Shown piece after piece: positions 30,082 through 40,007 of a DNA stretch of 64,000 bases. Below the pieces are notes generated by a model. It was given only the letters and a program-made list of their open reading frames with translations, made no database searches and had not been told where the DNA came from. How positions within the stretch are numbered: position 1 is the first letter of the stretch; each line of letters begins with the position of its first letter. Source of the DNA: Bacteroidota bacterium (lineage in GTDB: Bacteria; Bacteroidota; Bacteroidia; Palsa-965); contig JABDAO010000002.1 in the NCBI GenBank assembly GCA_013289095.1, forward strand, positions 2,673 through 66,672, in the 5' to 3' direction. The position numbers and the translations under genes were made by a program.

Positions 30082-31082
30082 GAGGTTTGATTGTTAGGCC
30101 AACTGTCGGCAATTATCGTTGAAGCCTTAGCACCGGTTGGCTTGGCCTGGATATACCTCACGGAGGCCCCTTCCTGATATCCCTCAAACAAAGATATCGC
30201 AGTTAGAAAGTGAATTAGTTTTCTGTAAAGGGGATCAAACACCCTGAAATTTGGAGTCAGGTATGCGAAGCTGGTAAAGATTGATTTCACAGCTAAGCTT
30301 ATCCGATAAATTGAAATCCTTGCTTTTGTATAGTGTTGGGCAGTTGTCTGATTGCCTTTCTCTGTAGCGACTCTAAGCGTTATACCCCCCCGTTTTTTGC
30401 GTTGTAACCACTGTGTAAGACCGATGCGGTCTTCTTCATTGTGAAAAAGTGTAGCAAATGGAAGGATGAAGAAGGAGAGCTTATGTTTCTTGAGTCGCTC
30501 GGTAAAGTCCGCATCTTCGGCTCCGGCATAAGGAATATCTTCATCATATCCGCCCACCTCCATAAACGTTTTTTTTAAAATGGGCAGGCAGTAACTAGCT
30601 ATCCCCGAATGTTCAAAAGGCAGAGGCTGTTTCCAGTGCTTGCCGGAGCCAAGCCATCCCTCCAATGAGGTATAGCGCTGGCTAAGGAGGTACCTGCCGA
30701 ACTTGGTTCTTTGAAGGGTCGCTTCGAGCTCTGGAGGATAGGTCCAGTTCAACAAATAAATATGAGTGGGTTCTTTCAGTGAATGAGAGAGAATAACATC
30801 AAGATGATCCTTACTCAGGAGCATGTCGTCATCCAGAAATAATAAGAGTATTGCATCGGCATGCAGTGCTCCAAAATTTCTGGCAGATGCTGCTCCGCTT
30901 TTTGGATTGTTCAGATAGGTGAGTTTAGGATGTGGCTTCAGCGCCTGGAGGTGTTGGCTCGAATCATTCACCACAATAATTTCGGCATTAAAATTCTCAA
31001 TAGAAAGCAGGGCGGTTCTCAGCGTTTTTTCGAATACTTCGCCTCGATCTTTTGTTGGAATGATAATGCTGAAATCTTTCAT
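30078..31082 (-). CDS. Glycosyltransferase family 2
   Basis: FSIIIPT, VVNDSS, ARNFGA, FLDDD, GGYDE, GAEDAD. Confidence 0.9.
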   Translation of the reverse strand: MKDFSIIIPTKDRGEVFEKTLRTALLSIENFNAEIIVVNDSSQHLQALKPHPKLTYLNNPKSGAASARNFGALHADAILLLFLDDDMLLSKDHLDVILSHSLKEPTHIYLLNWTYPPELEATLQRTKFGRYLLSQRYTSLEGWLGSGKHWKQPLPFEHSGIASYCLPILKKTFMEVGGYDEDIPYAGAEDADFTERLKKHKLSFFILPFATLFHNEEDRIGLTQWLQRKKRGGITLRVATEKGNQTTAQHYTKARISIYRISLAVKSIFTSFAYLTPNFRVFDPLYRKLIHFLTAISLFEGYQEGASVRYIQAKPTGAKASTIIADSWPNNQTS

Positions 31083-31141
31083 GGCCTATCCTATCTCAAT
31101 CCAAATGAATTCCATCTATTGGGATCTGCCCAGTTCAGTAA

Positions 31142-32149
31142 TTAGTTGAAATGGGGATCAAGATGAGTCCTGATTAAATCCTTCAATTGTTCGATCGTCA
31201 GCATCTCTGGATTGGTTCCTGAACTGTATTTGAAACCCGTGGGTACTTTTTTAGCAGAAAATGTTTTTACGAATTCATCCAGATTCCAGTTTGGTTCATG
31301 GGCAAGAATTGCATAATACTTACCAAGGTCCCAGGTAAGAAGTGAATCTGATTCCGTAATCATTTCCTCATGAATTTTCTCACCTGGACGGATCCCGATG
31401 AGTTCAATTTTACATGCAGGGCCAACTGCGTTAGCCAGATCTACCAAACGGAATGAAGGGATTTTTGGCACAAATATTTCGCCACCCCATGCTTTTTCAA
31501 TGGCATGCAGAACCAGCTCGACACCCTCCTGAAGCAAAATATTGAAACGAGTCATGTCTGGATGTGTTACAGGCAGAATTCCGGTTTTTCGCTTGCTCAG
31601 AAAAAAAGGAATCACTGAACCGCGCGACCCCATCACATTTCCATACCGAACGACCGAAAATCGAATATTTTTATTTCCTCTGATATTATTCGCGGCCACA
31701 AAAAGTTTATCTGAACACAGTTTGGTGGCGCCGTATAGATTTATCGGGGCCGCAGCTTTGTCTGTTGAGAGTGCAACAACACTTTTAACTCCAGCATCAA
31801 GCGCCGCATTCACCACGTTTTCGGCACCCATCACATTGGTGTTGATAAACTCCATGGGGTTATATTCAGCCAGGGGCACATGTTTCAATGCGGCCGCATG
31901 GATTACAATGTCAACATTTTCGAAGGCGCGCTTTAAACGGTCTTTATCCCTTACGTCTCCCAGAAAAAAGCGGATTTGAGGATATTTTGAGCTCGGATAA
32001 AGCAACGACATTTCATACTGTTTCAACTCATCTCTTGAAAAAATAATCAATTTTTTTATCTGATACCGTTTCAGCAAGGTTTCGGTCAGTTGTTTGCCCA
32101 AGGATCCGGTTCCACCTGTAATCAATACGGTCGAATCATTTATCTGCAT
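31142..32149 (-). CDS. pseB: UDP-N-acetylglucosamine 4,6-dehydratase (inverting)
   Basis: ITGGTGSLG, FSRDELKQYEM, HAAALKHVP, ALSTDKAAAPINLYGATKLCSDKLF, VRYGNVMGSRGSV, GIRPGEKIHE. Confidence 0.93.
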   Translation of the reverse strand: MQINDSTVLITGGTGSLGKQLTETLLKRYQIKKLIIFSRDELKQYEMSLLYPSSKYPQIRFFLGDVRDKDRLKRAFENVDIVIHAAALKHVPLAEYNPMEFINTNVMGAENVVNAALDAGVKSVVALSTDKAAAPINLYGATKLCSDKLFVAANNIRGNKNIRFSVVRYGNVMGSRGSVIPFFLSKRKTGILPVTHPDMTRFNILLQEGVELVLHAIEKAWGGEIFVPKIPSFRLVDLANAVGPACKIELIGIRPGEKIHEEMITESDSLLTWDLGKYYAILAHEPNWNLDEFVKTFSAKKVPTGFKYSSGTNPEMLTIEQLKDLIRTHLDPHFN

Positions 32150-32217
32150 GCGCTTGATTATCAGTTAGGTGATTTGAATATTAGGCCTATGACTGCATAG
32201 AAAAACAGCGTAGAAGC

Positions 32218-32225
32218 CAAATGTA
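32218..32225 (-). promoter_or_regulatory. -7 promoter element TACATTTG for pseB
   Basis: TAnnTTTG match about 70 nt upstream of the start. Confidence 0.5.
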
Positions 32226-32751
32226 CAATAAATTCCGGTTTCAGTGCCTCTTCGACGGCCTCACGTGTTTTATGACCATTCCGCTGCATCCTTTTTATTT
32301 GCTTTGATAATCAAATTGTTAGAATGGTTTTTGGGAAAAGCCCTGGAGCAATTTGTTGGGGTTTAGCCGGAGCATGCATCGGCAGTGATATTCACAAATT
32401 TTTTGGGGTGTATAGGCCTCTCTGGAAATAAAAATCACTGTCCATTAATCGAATTTTGGTTTGATTCACTGATCGTTGTTGCTAGCTTCACTGCCCGATT
32501 GTGTTTAATGGGTTCAATTTCAATAAATTGCATGATTAAAAGTTAATCCCCCCACATTCAAGACGTGATTCGTTGAATGCTTTTTGAAAAACTTCGGGAT
32601 CAGCTTCTATTTCTTGGAAGAAGGTTTGAAGAGCTCCGAACGATCATGAGCAGATGAGACCTGCATTGTATAGAGCAGGGTAATCGGTTCTGAAAATTAT
32701 CAGCTTCCAGCGCACTATATCCAATGATCCATGTTTTGGAGTGGAAGCAGC

Positions 32752-32856
32752 GTGTATTTACGAAGGAGAAGAGTGTATTTACGAAGGGAAAATGTGTATT
32801 TACGAAGGAGAAGAGTGTATTGATGAGGAAGAAGAGTGGACTATGTAGAGGAGAGG
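32752..32856. repeat. 21-bp tandem array #2 (unit GTGTATTTACGAAGGAGAAGA), short and degenerate
   Basis: Units start at 32752, 32773, 32794 and 32815, with a degenerate unit at 32836. Confidence 0.8.
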
Positions 32857-32938
32857 CCGGTATCGTAAAAATCGAGTTGTAACTGCCAAGGCTGAATGTT
32901 GCATTCTTCGGGGCTCTAGGCCAGTGAACAACCCTGTG

Positions 32939-32993
32939 GAAACAGGGTCACTTTTAAAATCGAAACAGGGTCACTTTTAAAATCGTTTGTACT
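32939..32993. mobile_element. Solo IS21-like terminal fragment (23-bp direct repeat x2)
   Basis: GAAACAGGGTCACTTTTAAAATC occurs twice in tandem. The reverse-complement end AGTACAAACGATTTTAAAAGTGACCC resembles the IS21-family layout (TG terminus, AAAA-x-TGACCC, repeated internal binding sites), recalled from memory. No transposase nearby. Confidence 0.45.
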
Positions 32994-33043
32994 AAGTTAC
33001 TCAAAATCAGAACGCCGGCTAGCAGTTCTCTACCTCCTCATCC

Positions 33044-33059
33044 TCCGATAGCTATCGGA
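33044..33059. repeat. Perfect 16-bp palindrome TCCGATAGCTATCGGA (REP-like)
   Basis: Self-complementary and nested in the longer imperfect hairpin TACCTCC...GGAGGTA (33031-33079). Confidence 0.65.
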
Positions 33060-33133
33060 ACCATCGGGAGTAGGGAGGTAATAATGCTTCGGTATGGTTT
33101 TAGAGGATTAAGTCTATGCCCAATATTTCTTAA

Positions 33134-33403
33134 ATTGCAACGATATTCTTGACTGAGGAAGCCGAATCAGCTCCGACAACTCTCTGTAAATCCTTTCCGA
33201 TGGACCCGATTTATCTGTTAACATCCTGCATTTTTGTTGTACTCTTATTCGTAAGCGAATATTTGTTTGGGGCAAATGTAGTTGTTGGAATGCAACGTAC
33301 GCTAAAGTCGCGTAAATTACGATGGGTCGTATATTACCTTTTAATCTTGCTTTTGTTTTTCTCGAACAACAAACAACAAACATTTATTTATTTCCAATTT
33401 TAG
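33134..33403 (+). pseudogene. 3' remnant of an MBOAT gene
   Basis: Two TM segments ending QQTFIYFQF, the same C-terminal signature as the intact MBOATs. No N-terminal part. SGNH partner starts 3 nt after the stop. Confidence 0.75.
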
Positions 33404-33406
33404 GAT

Positions 33407-34348
33407 ATGGCCAACTTTCTAAAGACACTGTTCGGGTTTTTAGTGCCCTTGGTACTCGTGTTTTCGGTTACTGAATTTATGGCTTCTCGGTGGTATGGAA
33501 AATACCTGAGCCTGCCGGGATCATATCATGTATTTGAGAGAAAACGAAACAATGTGGAAGTTTTGTTTGTTGGCGATTCGCATATTTTGTGTTGTACGGA
33601 TACAGGCCTTGTCAAGAATTCTTATGTCCTCTGGTGGGGAGCACGCGATTTGTATTATTCAATGAAAATCATCGAGCAAAACATTTCAGAGATGCCCCGC
33701 TTAAAAACCATATTCGTCGATTTGAGTTACTTTAGTTTTTCAAATATGACGGCCTTTTACAATCCCAAACAAATCAACAACTACTTCCACATGGGCATTT
33801 TGCCCAACGTAGGATATGATTACCGGTACTTATCTACCTTGTACTCCAATTCAGACATTCTTTGGTCAACGTTCTCTGGCACACTCCTCAAAAAGGCCGG
33901 ATGGAAGGAACCGGCCCCGGTGCCGGCCACAGGTTTTGGAATTGTAAGACAACTTAATTCAGAAGCAGAATTTATCGGTCATGCCAAATTTAAGCTTCCG
34001 GAGCATTCAACGCCGATCAGGGACCGGTTCAAACATCCTGAATTTGAGTCGATGAACCAGAAGTACCTTGAGGAGATTGTGGCCAGTTGTCAGAAAAACA
34101 GAAAAAACCTCTTTATTATTCTTCCTCCCCAATCTAGTTACTACAACCAGCTTTTTACATATAAAACCGTTTTCTACGCAGATTTGAAAAAATTTGGGGA
34201 CATGAACCCAGGGGTTAAGATTTATGATTATTCAGATATTTATGATGATTCGTTGTCCTATTTTCGAGATTCCGATCATTTAAACGGTAAGGGGGCTTCG
34301 GCCTTTACCCGTGACTATATTCATAAATTACTCACCGCAGCGAAGTAA
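33407..34348 (+). CDS. SGNH-like periplasmic MBOAT partner
   Basis: N-terminal TM helix, FVGDSH, YFRDSDHLNGKGA. Confidence 0.78.
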   Translation: MANFLKTLFGFLVPLVLVFSVTEFMASRWYGKYLSLPGSYHVFERKRNNVEVLFVGDSHILCCTDTGLVKNSYVLWWGARDLYYSMKIIEQNISEMPRLKTIFVDLSYFSFSNMTAFYNPKQINNYFHMGILPNVGYDYRYLSTLYSNSDILWSTFSGTLLKKAGWKEPAPVPATGFGIVRQLNSEAEFIGHAKFKLPEHSTPIRDRFKHPEFESMNQKYLEEIVASCQKNRKNLFIILPPQSSYYNQLFTYKTVFYADLKKFGDMNPGVKIYDYSDIYDDSLSYFRDSDHLNGKGASAFTRDYIHKLLTAAK

Positions 34349-34437
34349 TGTTAGCAGCAGCCTGTTAGGGCAGCAACAGAGCGGATCGCCTGCTTGAACC
34401 AGACAGAATTCAATCAGTTAGTAGCAGGTATTTGAAT

Positions 34438-35604
34438 ATGAAGAAAATTGGATATCTGGAAGGTTTACGCGGTGTAGCTGCAATAATTGTGGTAATCTAT
34501 CACCTTCAGATTATCGTTCATGCTGATCTTACTGTGATTTTAGTTTCATTTTTAGATCGTTTTATACCACACCGTATAGGGAGTATATTCGCAAGCTCTC
34601 TGAATGTTTTGATCGATGGTCCTCAAGCAGTATACATTTTCTGGGTACTTAGCGCTTATGTTATTTGCATTAAATTGTTCGACAACAGTCCGTTGGAGAG
34701 CAACCGTTACTTAATTGCCAGCGTATCAAAAAGATATTTCAGGCTCTTTTTCCCTTCTGCGGTATCAATTCTGCTGGCATATTTAATTATGCGCTTTGGC
34801 CTCATGTTCAACCTACGGCTTGCGGAGCAAAGTGGGAATGCAAATTTATCAACAGCCTATCATTTTGTTCCAAATGTTTTTTTTGCAATTAAATCAGCGG
34901 TGTGGGATATTTTTGTGAATGGAGATTCAGAATACAATCATGTATTGTGGAGCATGAAAATCGAATTCTGGGGTTCCTTGTTCTGTTTTTCGGTCTTTGG
35001 GATTTTCAGAAAAAGCCGAAAACGGCTCATCGTCTATCTGCTGATGCTGTTTTGGATACTTGCCATGCATGAATATGGCATGCTTTGTTTTTTACTGGGC
35101 TTTTTCCTGTGCGACTTTGATTTCTGTTCCAAGCAGTATATGGATCTGAAGTTCATTAAATTAATCAACAAGGCAGATGCGTACTTCCGGACAAACAAGG
35201 TTCTTGCCATTGTTTTATTCCTGCTCATCGCCTTCCCCGGCAGCCTGATCCTCAATAAATGTTCTTTTCCTAGGACACTTATCCCGGCGATCATCAGTTT
35301 TGGGATTGTTTATTGTGTAATCCGAATTCGGTTGTTGAATCGGTTTTTTGAAACGCGTATGATTGCCTGGCTTGGAAAAATATCCTTCAGTCTTTATCTG
35401 GTTCATTGGCCCATATTCTACTCGTTCAGTTGCTGGATGTATCTGGCTGTCGGTGGAAGTTCCCGCCTTAAGACACTAAGCACAGCCCTGGTGAGTATTG
35501 TAGTTTGTCTGGCCGTTGCTGCGCTTTATCACGCGGTCATCGATCGTAAGTGTGTTCTGCTCACAAACCGTATCGGGAATTATTTTAAACCGAAAACCGC
35601 TTGA
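34438..35604 (+). CDS. Acyltransferase family 3 (OafA-like) membrane O-acyltransferase
   Basis: YLEGLRGVAAIIVVIYH, KRYFRL, LWSMKIEF, LGKISFSLYLVH. Confidence 0.9.
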   Translation: MKKIGYLEGLRGVAAIIVVIYHLQIIVHADLTVILVSFLDRFIPHRIGSIFASSLNVLIDGPQAVYIFWVLSAYVICIKLFDNSPLESNRYLIASVSKRYFRLFFPSAVSILLAYLIMRFGLMFNLRLAEQSGNANLSTAYHFVPNVFFAIKSAVWDIFVNGDSEYNHVLWSMKIEFWGSLFCFSVFGIFRKSRKRLIVYLLMLFWILAMHEYGMLCFLLGFFLCDFDFCSKQYMDLKFIKLINKADAYFRTNKVLAIVLFLLIAFPGSLILNKCSFPRTLIPAIISFGIVYCVIRIRLLNRFFETRMIAWLGKISFSLYLVHWPIFYSFSCWMYLAVGGSSRLKTLSTALVSIVVCLAVAALYHAVIDRKCVLLTNRIGNYFKPKTA

Positions 35605-35710
35605 CAGGAAAAGGATAGGAGCATAGACCGCGATCCTGAATAAGCGCATGGCCGCCAGGCTCCGCGCAGCCCCGATACCTCTTGAAATGAAACACCCGGA
35701 TGAGGCATTA

Positions 35711-37195
35711 CTAAAGTGCGTTTTTTACAGACACCACCCAGGCTTTGGAGATTATATTTCGAAAGGATAATTTGTTCTTTAAATACAAAAACATAAATAC
35801 AGAAATAAAAAATAGGGGGAGCGAATACGTAATAAAGAAAACATAATGCATGTTGGGGATCCAGTAATGATATAAGCTTATTGAAAGGAGAATAAGGATT
35901 AGCCCAATACTGATCGGACGGATATAGGTAAGGTTGTACCTGAAATATGAATATTTTCTATACAGATAATACGTAAGCAATAATTGAGCTCCTCGTGCCA
36001 GCAACATACTTGCGGCAGCTCCCCACAATCCCCAAACAGGAAGCAGGATCATATTGGCGATGACGGTGATTGTACCTGCCACTACATTTAGCCATGGCAA
36101 TTGTTTGGTTTTCTTGAAAAAGAAGAGCGGATCGACATACAGACTGTATAAATAACGGAATATATATCCAATCATTAGAACCGGAAGAAGAATAAGCGCC
36201 TGTAGATAGATGGGCTTCAGAAAGAAAATTATGACAATTGGTGCCATCATACAAAGTAAAGCGATGATGGAATACACACTGAGACCGATACCTCTGAAAA
36301 TCCGGCTGACATAGTTTGCATTTTGCTTCGCTGATTCTTTCAGTTTTTCATAGACAAGTGGAGCGGTTGTGTTTTCAAGAGAAGATAGAGCCGTGTCTGA
36401 CAAAACAGCGATTGAAGCCGCAAGGTTATAGATGGCCACAGAAGTCATGTTCAGATATTGTTCGATCATGATTCGATCATAGCTCATATAAATAAAGCCA
36501 AAAAGCACGTATGGAATGATGGGAAGCGAATAGCTCAGAGACGCACGGAGAAATCGCCGGTCAAAACGGAGGCCTGTTTTTCGCAATAATAAGCTCCATG
36601 TTACTATTGAAACAAAACCAAGCACCGAGAGCCTGACGATCAGGACGTCTGCAGCCCTGGCGTGAAAATGTATGACTGCCAGCGCTTCACTGATGATGGA
36701 AAGGATAAAGCTTCCTCCGGAGAAGAAAACAAACAAGAGTGGTTGTTTACTGTTGCGTAAATAGAATGAGATAATTGAGTTGATCGAGTTGACAGCTGCA
36801 ATAGACACGGTTGTGATGCCATAGGGGTAAAAGGTGAATGATGGATCTTTAAATGCTAACTGATAGATCTTCGTTCCCCAGGGCAGAATAAGCAGAAAAA
36901 AGGCAAGGCTCAGAAATAAAATAGTTAAAAAAATGGTTGAAATGTAAGAATGTAACATTTTCTTGTTCTTATGGTAGTTGAAGTAGAAAACGGAAAACGC
37001 ATTGTCAAAGCCCAAGGTGAAAAAGATTGGAAGTGCCACAGAAATAGTTGTTGATAACCCGATTACTCCATATTCCTGAGGGCTGAGATAGAGCAGGAAA
37101 ACTGGCAGTAAAAAAATTCGGGAAAGAATTGGTAAAAAAGTAAGGGTGGAGTAAAGCGCAGTTGATTTAATGAAGGACCGGAAATTGCTGCTCAT
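35711..37195 (-). CDS. wzx: Wzx-type polysaccharide flippase
   Basis: About 13-14 TM segments, LSPQEYG, YDRIMI, AIYNLA, WGLWGAAAS (MOP-family pattern). Confidence 0.85.
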   Translation of the reverse strand: MSSNFRSFIKSTALYSTLTFLPILSRIFLLPVFLLYLSPQEYGVIGLSTTISVALPIFFTLGFDNAFSVFYFNYHKNKKMLHSYISTIFLTILFLSLAFFLLILPWGTKIYQLAFKDPSFTFYPYGITTVSIAAVNSINSIISFYLRNSKQPLLFVFFSGGSFILSIISEALAVIHFHARAADVLIVRLSVLGFVSIVTWSLLLRKTGLRFDRRFLRASLSYSLPIIPYVLFGFIYMSYDRIMIEQYLNMTSVAIYNLAASIAVLSDTALSSLENTTAPLVYEKLKESAKQNANYVSRIFRGIGLSVYSIIALLCMMAPIVIIFFLKPIYLQALILLPVLMIGYIFRYLYSLYVDPLFFFKKTKQLPWLNVVAGTITVIANMILLPVWGLWGAAASMLLARGAQLLLTYYLYRKYSYFRYNLTYIRPISIGLILILLSISLYHYWIPNMHYVFFITYSLPLFFISVFMFLYLKNKLSFRNIISKAWVVSVKNAL

Positions 37196-37255
37196 AAATA
37201 AAGTTGAATGGTCTGCACAAATCGAAATTAAAATTGAGAGTATCCTACTCGTGTG

Positions 37256-38071
37256 CTAATTGAATTTTTTAATAATGGCTGAGAAGACGGCATCAAAATC
37301 GCTCTTCCTGTGTTCCCCAACATAATAATTCGTTAGTGTGTGCCTCGATCCGGCACGAATGGGTGATCGTCGATGGATTCCCATGGTATCTGTCAGAATT
37401 ACAGATCCGGCCTTTGCCGTCAGTGTTTTTAAGGTGAGTTTTCTTTTTCCTTCCAGATATTTTAAAAGCTCTAAGTGAGGGAAATCGGTTTTTTTTTCAA
37501 AAAGCCCAGCCGTGTCGGTGACATTCGATATCCGGTGTGAATTCGCGATGTACGCATAGGGGGCATTGTCGGGTCCAACATCCGAAAGGTACATGATGGC
37601 CTTGATCTGTTTCTCAAATTCTGAATCACGATGCCACTCAGCTCCTTTTTCAGGGTCCACGGCATTAGGAGTGTAGCAATTCGTTTGGGTTGTGTAGTTA
37701 ATCGTGGGGTAATTTAGATAACAGTTTGCAATTGCAAGTAAGAGTGGGTCGGCATAAAAAGGGGTTATGGAGGAGATCTTCTTTTCGCCGGCCCAAATCT
37801 TTACATCATTTACACCAGGACTAAAATCTGTTTGTAAAGGATGATTTACTTGAAATGCATTGATGTCGTTCTTAATATTCTCGCAGCGATCCGCGGAGTA
37901 ATAATTTTCTATGACAGTGAATCCATTTGTTCTGATTTCATGGATGTGTTTCAGAACGGTTGCCTCAAAAACAATATCCTTCGCAAGGCTGTGTAAGGCA
38001 TCCCGCTTTTTCTCGGCCATGCACTTTGAGAAAGTTGAAAGCCGAATTTTAATTTTTCGTGCAATTGGCAT
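37256..38071 (-). CDS. PhyH-like Fe(II)/2-oxoglutarate dioxygenase
   Basis: WHRDSE (HxD), MYLSDVGPDNAP, SHR, AGSVILTDTMGIHR. Confidence 0.82.
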   Translation of the reverse strand: MPIARKIKIRLSTFSKCMAEKKRDALHSLAKDIVFEATVLKHIHEIRTNGFTVIENYYSADRCENIKNDINAFQVNHPLQTDFSPGVNDVKIWAGEKKISSITPFYADPLLLAIANCYLNYPTINYTTQTNCYTPNAVDPEKGAEWHRDSEFEKQIKAIMYLSDVGPDNAPYAYIANSHRISNVTDTAGLFEKKTDFPHLELLKYLEGKRKLTLKTLTAKAGSVILTDTMGIHRRSPIRAGSRHTLTNYYVGEHRKSDFDAVFSAIIKKFN

Positions 38072-38205
38072 AAAAGTAAGGCAGATGAATGCGTGTGAGT
38101 GTGTATAAAAGTAGTGTTATTTTGCATTGGGACTGATCCAGACTTAGAATTTAGTGCAAATTCGTATCCTTCTATGGCAGAGTCTGTTAGAATAGCCTGA
38201 AATGT

Positions 38206-39999
38206 TTAGCACGAAGTACGTTTATTCGCTAGTTGAAGCATTAGCTCAAACAATCGTTCTGATGCATTTCCATCGGTTTTGTATAGATACAATGTTTTCA
38301 ACCTGTTTATTTTGGCATAAATCTCATGACTTGCACCCGTATTGAAAATGTCGCTCGCATACTCGGCAAAAGATGCCATGTCATGGAATTTAAACGCAAG
38401 ACCTTCTTTTACCATAGTCATTTGGTCAGCACGTGTTTCCTCTAGACTGGTAGTGAGGTAACAGAATGGTTTGTTAAAATAAAGGGCTTCCAGAACAATA
38501 CTGGAGATTTGATTTGTGATAAAATCAGAATAAAAGACAGCCTCCGATAGGCCTACCTGATCATGCCTGAAAGCCCTTTGTCTCAGGTAATTATTTTCTG
38601 CTATTACATCATCTACAATGGTGTCGAACTCAAGCGGATGTTTTTTTACGATCAGGTTCCAATCGTTTTCATGGCAAAGTTTACAAAGGTTCCTTAATAT
38701 CTCTTTTTTTTCGATGTCGTACAGGTAATTGAGGGCTGATGAATAAGTGCCTGCAAAAAAAATGGTCTTCTTCAGCGGGTCCAATTGGTGTCTGGCGAAA
38801 AATGAAGCCTTATTAAAAGAGGCGCTTAGTTGTAAATATTCATCCAGGTTCGGGGCGCCGATAATATAGTGTGAGGGGGTGGGGTCCTTTCTTTTCTTCC
38901 AAACATCAACCGCATCTTGGCCTGGTACTGCTCTTGCAGTAAACTCAATATTCGCCTCAAGCAAAGGGTCGTCGAAAGAGATGCCGTATTCCAGATTAAC
39001 ACTTGGTACGTCATAAAAATTTGCCACATCACTCATATAACGCCCATCATTGAAAACCCCAATATGCAGACAAACATCCGGTTTTAGTAATTCAAATGCT
39101 TTGCCAATCCATGCGTATTTAAGTTCAGCATGGTATAGCAAATTGCCCCTTTTAAAAAATTGGAACACAGGGTTGAGCTTGTTTAACGCGTTATAAAAAT
39201 CCGAATGCGAAACAATTGTCTTCGTTGACCGGAACTCCTGTAAATTTAAAACCTGGAAATTGACAGATTCATTCGATTTTAGTGAAGCGGAATGCTTCTG
39301 TTCAATCCCTGAACTGACATGAACTACTGTAATGAAAATATCCTTCTGCTTTTCACAAAGCTTGAAGAAGGTTTTTAGAATATGATGATGATGCTTTATG
39401 TCGGATAATAAGAATAGAAAGTGCGTTTGTGTTGCTCCAGGTTTTTTAAGTCTTTGTCTGGGTTTTGGGATTAGGTATTCAAATGTGTAATACATGTGTT
39501 TTAAGACTCCTAATAGCCTCAGCTTAGAGGGTGCTTTGATTTTACGGAATGTAAAGCTGAACTCAACAGACAAACCGGGTCTTTGGACGAGCGTGCTCAG
39601 GTAAGCATATTCTTCGGGAAGGTTGACATGGATTGCATTTGTTTCAGGGTACTTACTTAGGAGTTGTTTTATCAATTGAAGAAACAGGTGGCTCTGAGTG
39701 ATTGTCATCCGAAAATGCAAATGCAAAAGAAAGAAAACAATATCCTTCTCTGACCGGGTACCCAGGTAACGGTTTACTTTGAATAGTTGCCCTGATAGGA
39801 CGGCCTGCATTTCATACAGATCTGATAACATAGATTCTCTTGCTGTGAATTCAGCCTTGTTGAGAGTGTTGTTGAAAGTAGCTATCCCTTCGTCGCTTAT
39901 CCAAGTTGAATTTACAAGCAGAGGCCCGTTCAAAAGGCATTTGAATTCAGCACCCTCGGCTTTATAAATATCAGAACTGTCTGTCAGAAATAGTTGCAT
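38206..39999 (-). CDS. Hypothetical protein with C-terminal GT-B-like domain (candidate nonulosonate transferase)
   Basis: IVKKHPLE, SSIVLEALYFNKP; lies between the Pse genes and wzx. Confidence 0.6.
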   Translation of the reverse strand: MQLFLTDSSDIYKAEGAEFKCLLNGPLLVNSTWISDEGIATFNNTLNKAEFTARESMLSDLYEMQAVLSGQLFKVNRYLGTRSEKDIVFFLLHLHFRMTITQSHLFLQLIKQLLSKYPETNAIHVNLPEEYAYLSTLVQRPGLSVEFSFTFRKIKAPSKLRLLGVLKHMYYTFEYLIPKPRQRLKKPGATQTHFLFLLSDIKHHHHILKTFFKLCEKQKDIFITVVHVSSGIEQKHSASLKSNESVNFQVLNLQEFRSTKTIVSHSDFYNALNKLNPVFQFFKRGNLLYHAELKYAWIGKAFELLKPDVCLHIGVFNDGRYMSDVANFYDVPSVNLEYGISFDDPLLEANIEFTARAVPGQDAVDVWKKRKDPTPSHYIIGAPNLDEYLQLSASFNKASFFARHQLDPLKKTIFFAGTYSSALNYLYDIEKKEILRNLCKLCHENDWNLIVKKHPLEFDTIVDDVIAENNYLRQRAFRHDQVGLSEAVFYSDFITNQISSIVLEALYFNKPFCYLTTSLEETRADQMTMVKEGLAFKFHDMASFAEYASDIFNTGASHEIYAKINRLKTLYLYKTDGNASERLFELMLQLANKRTSC

Positions 40000-40007
40000 G
40001 GATCTGT

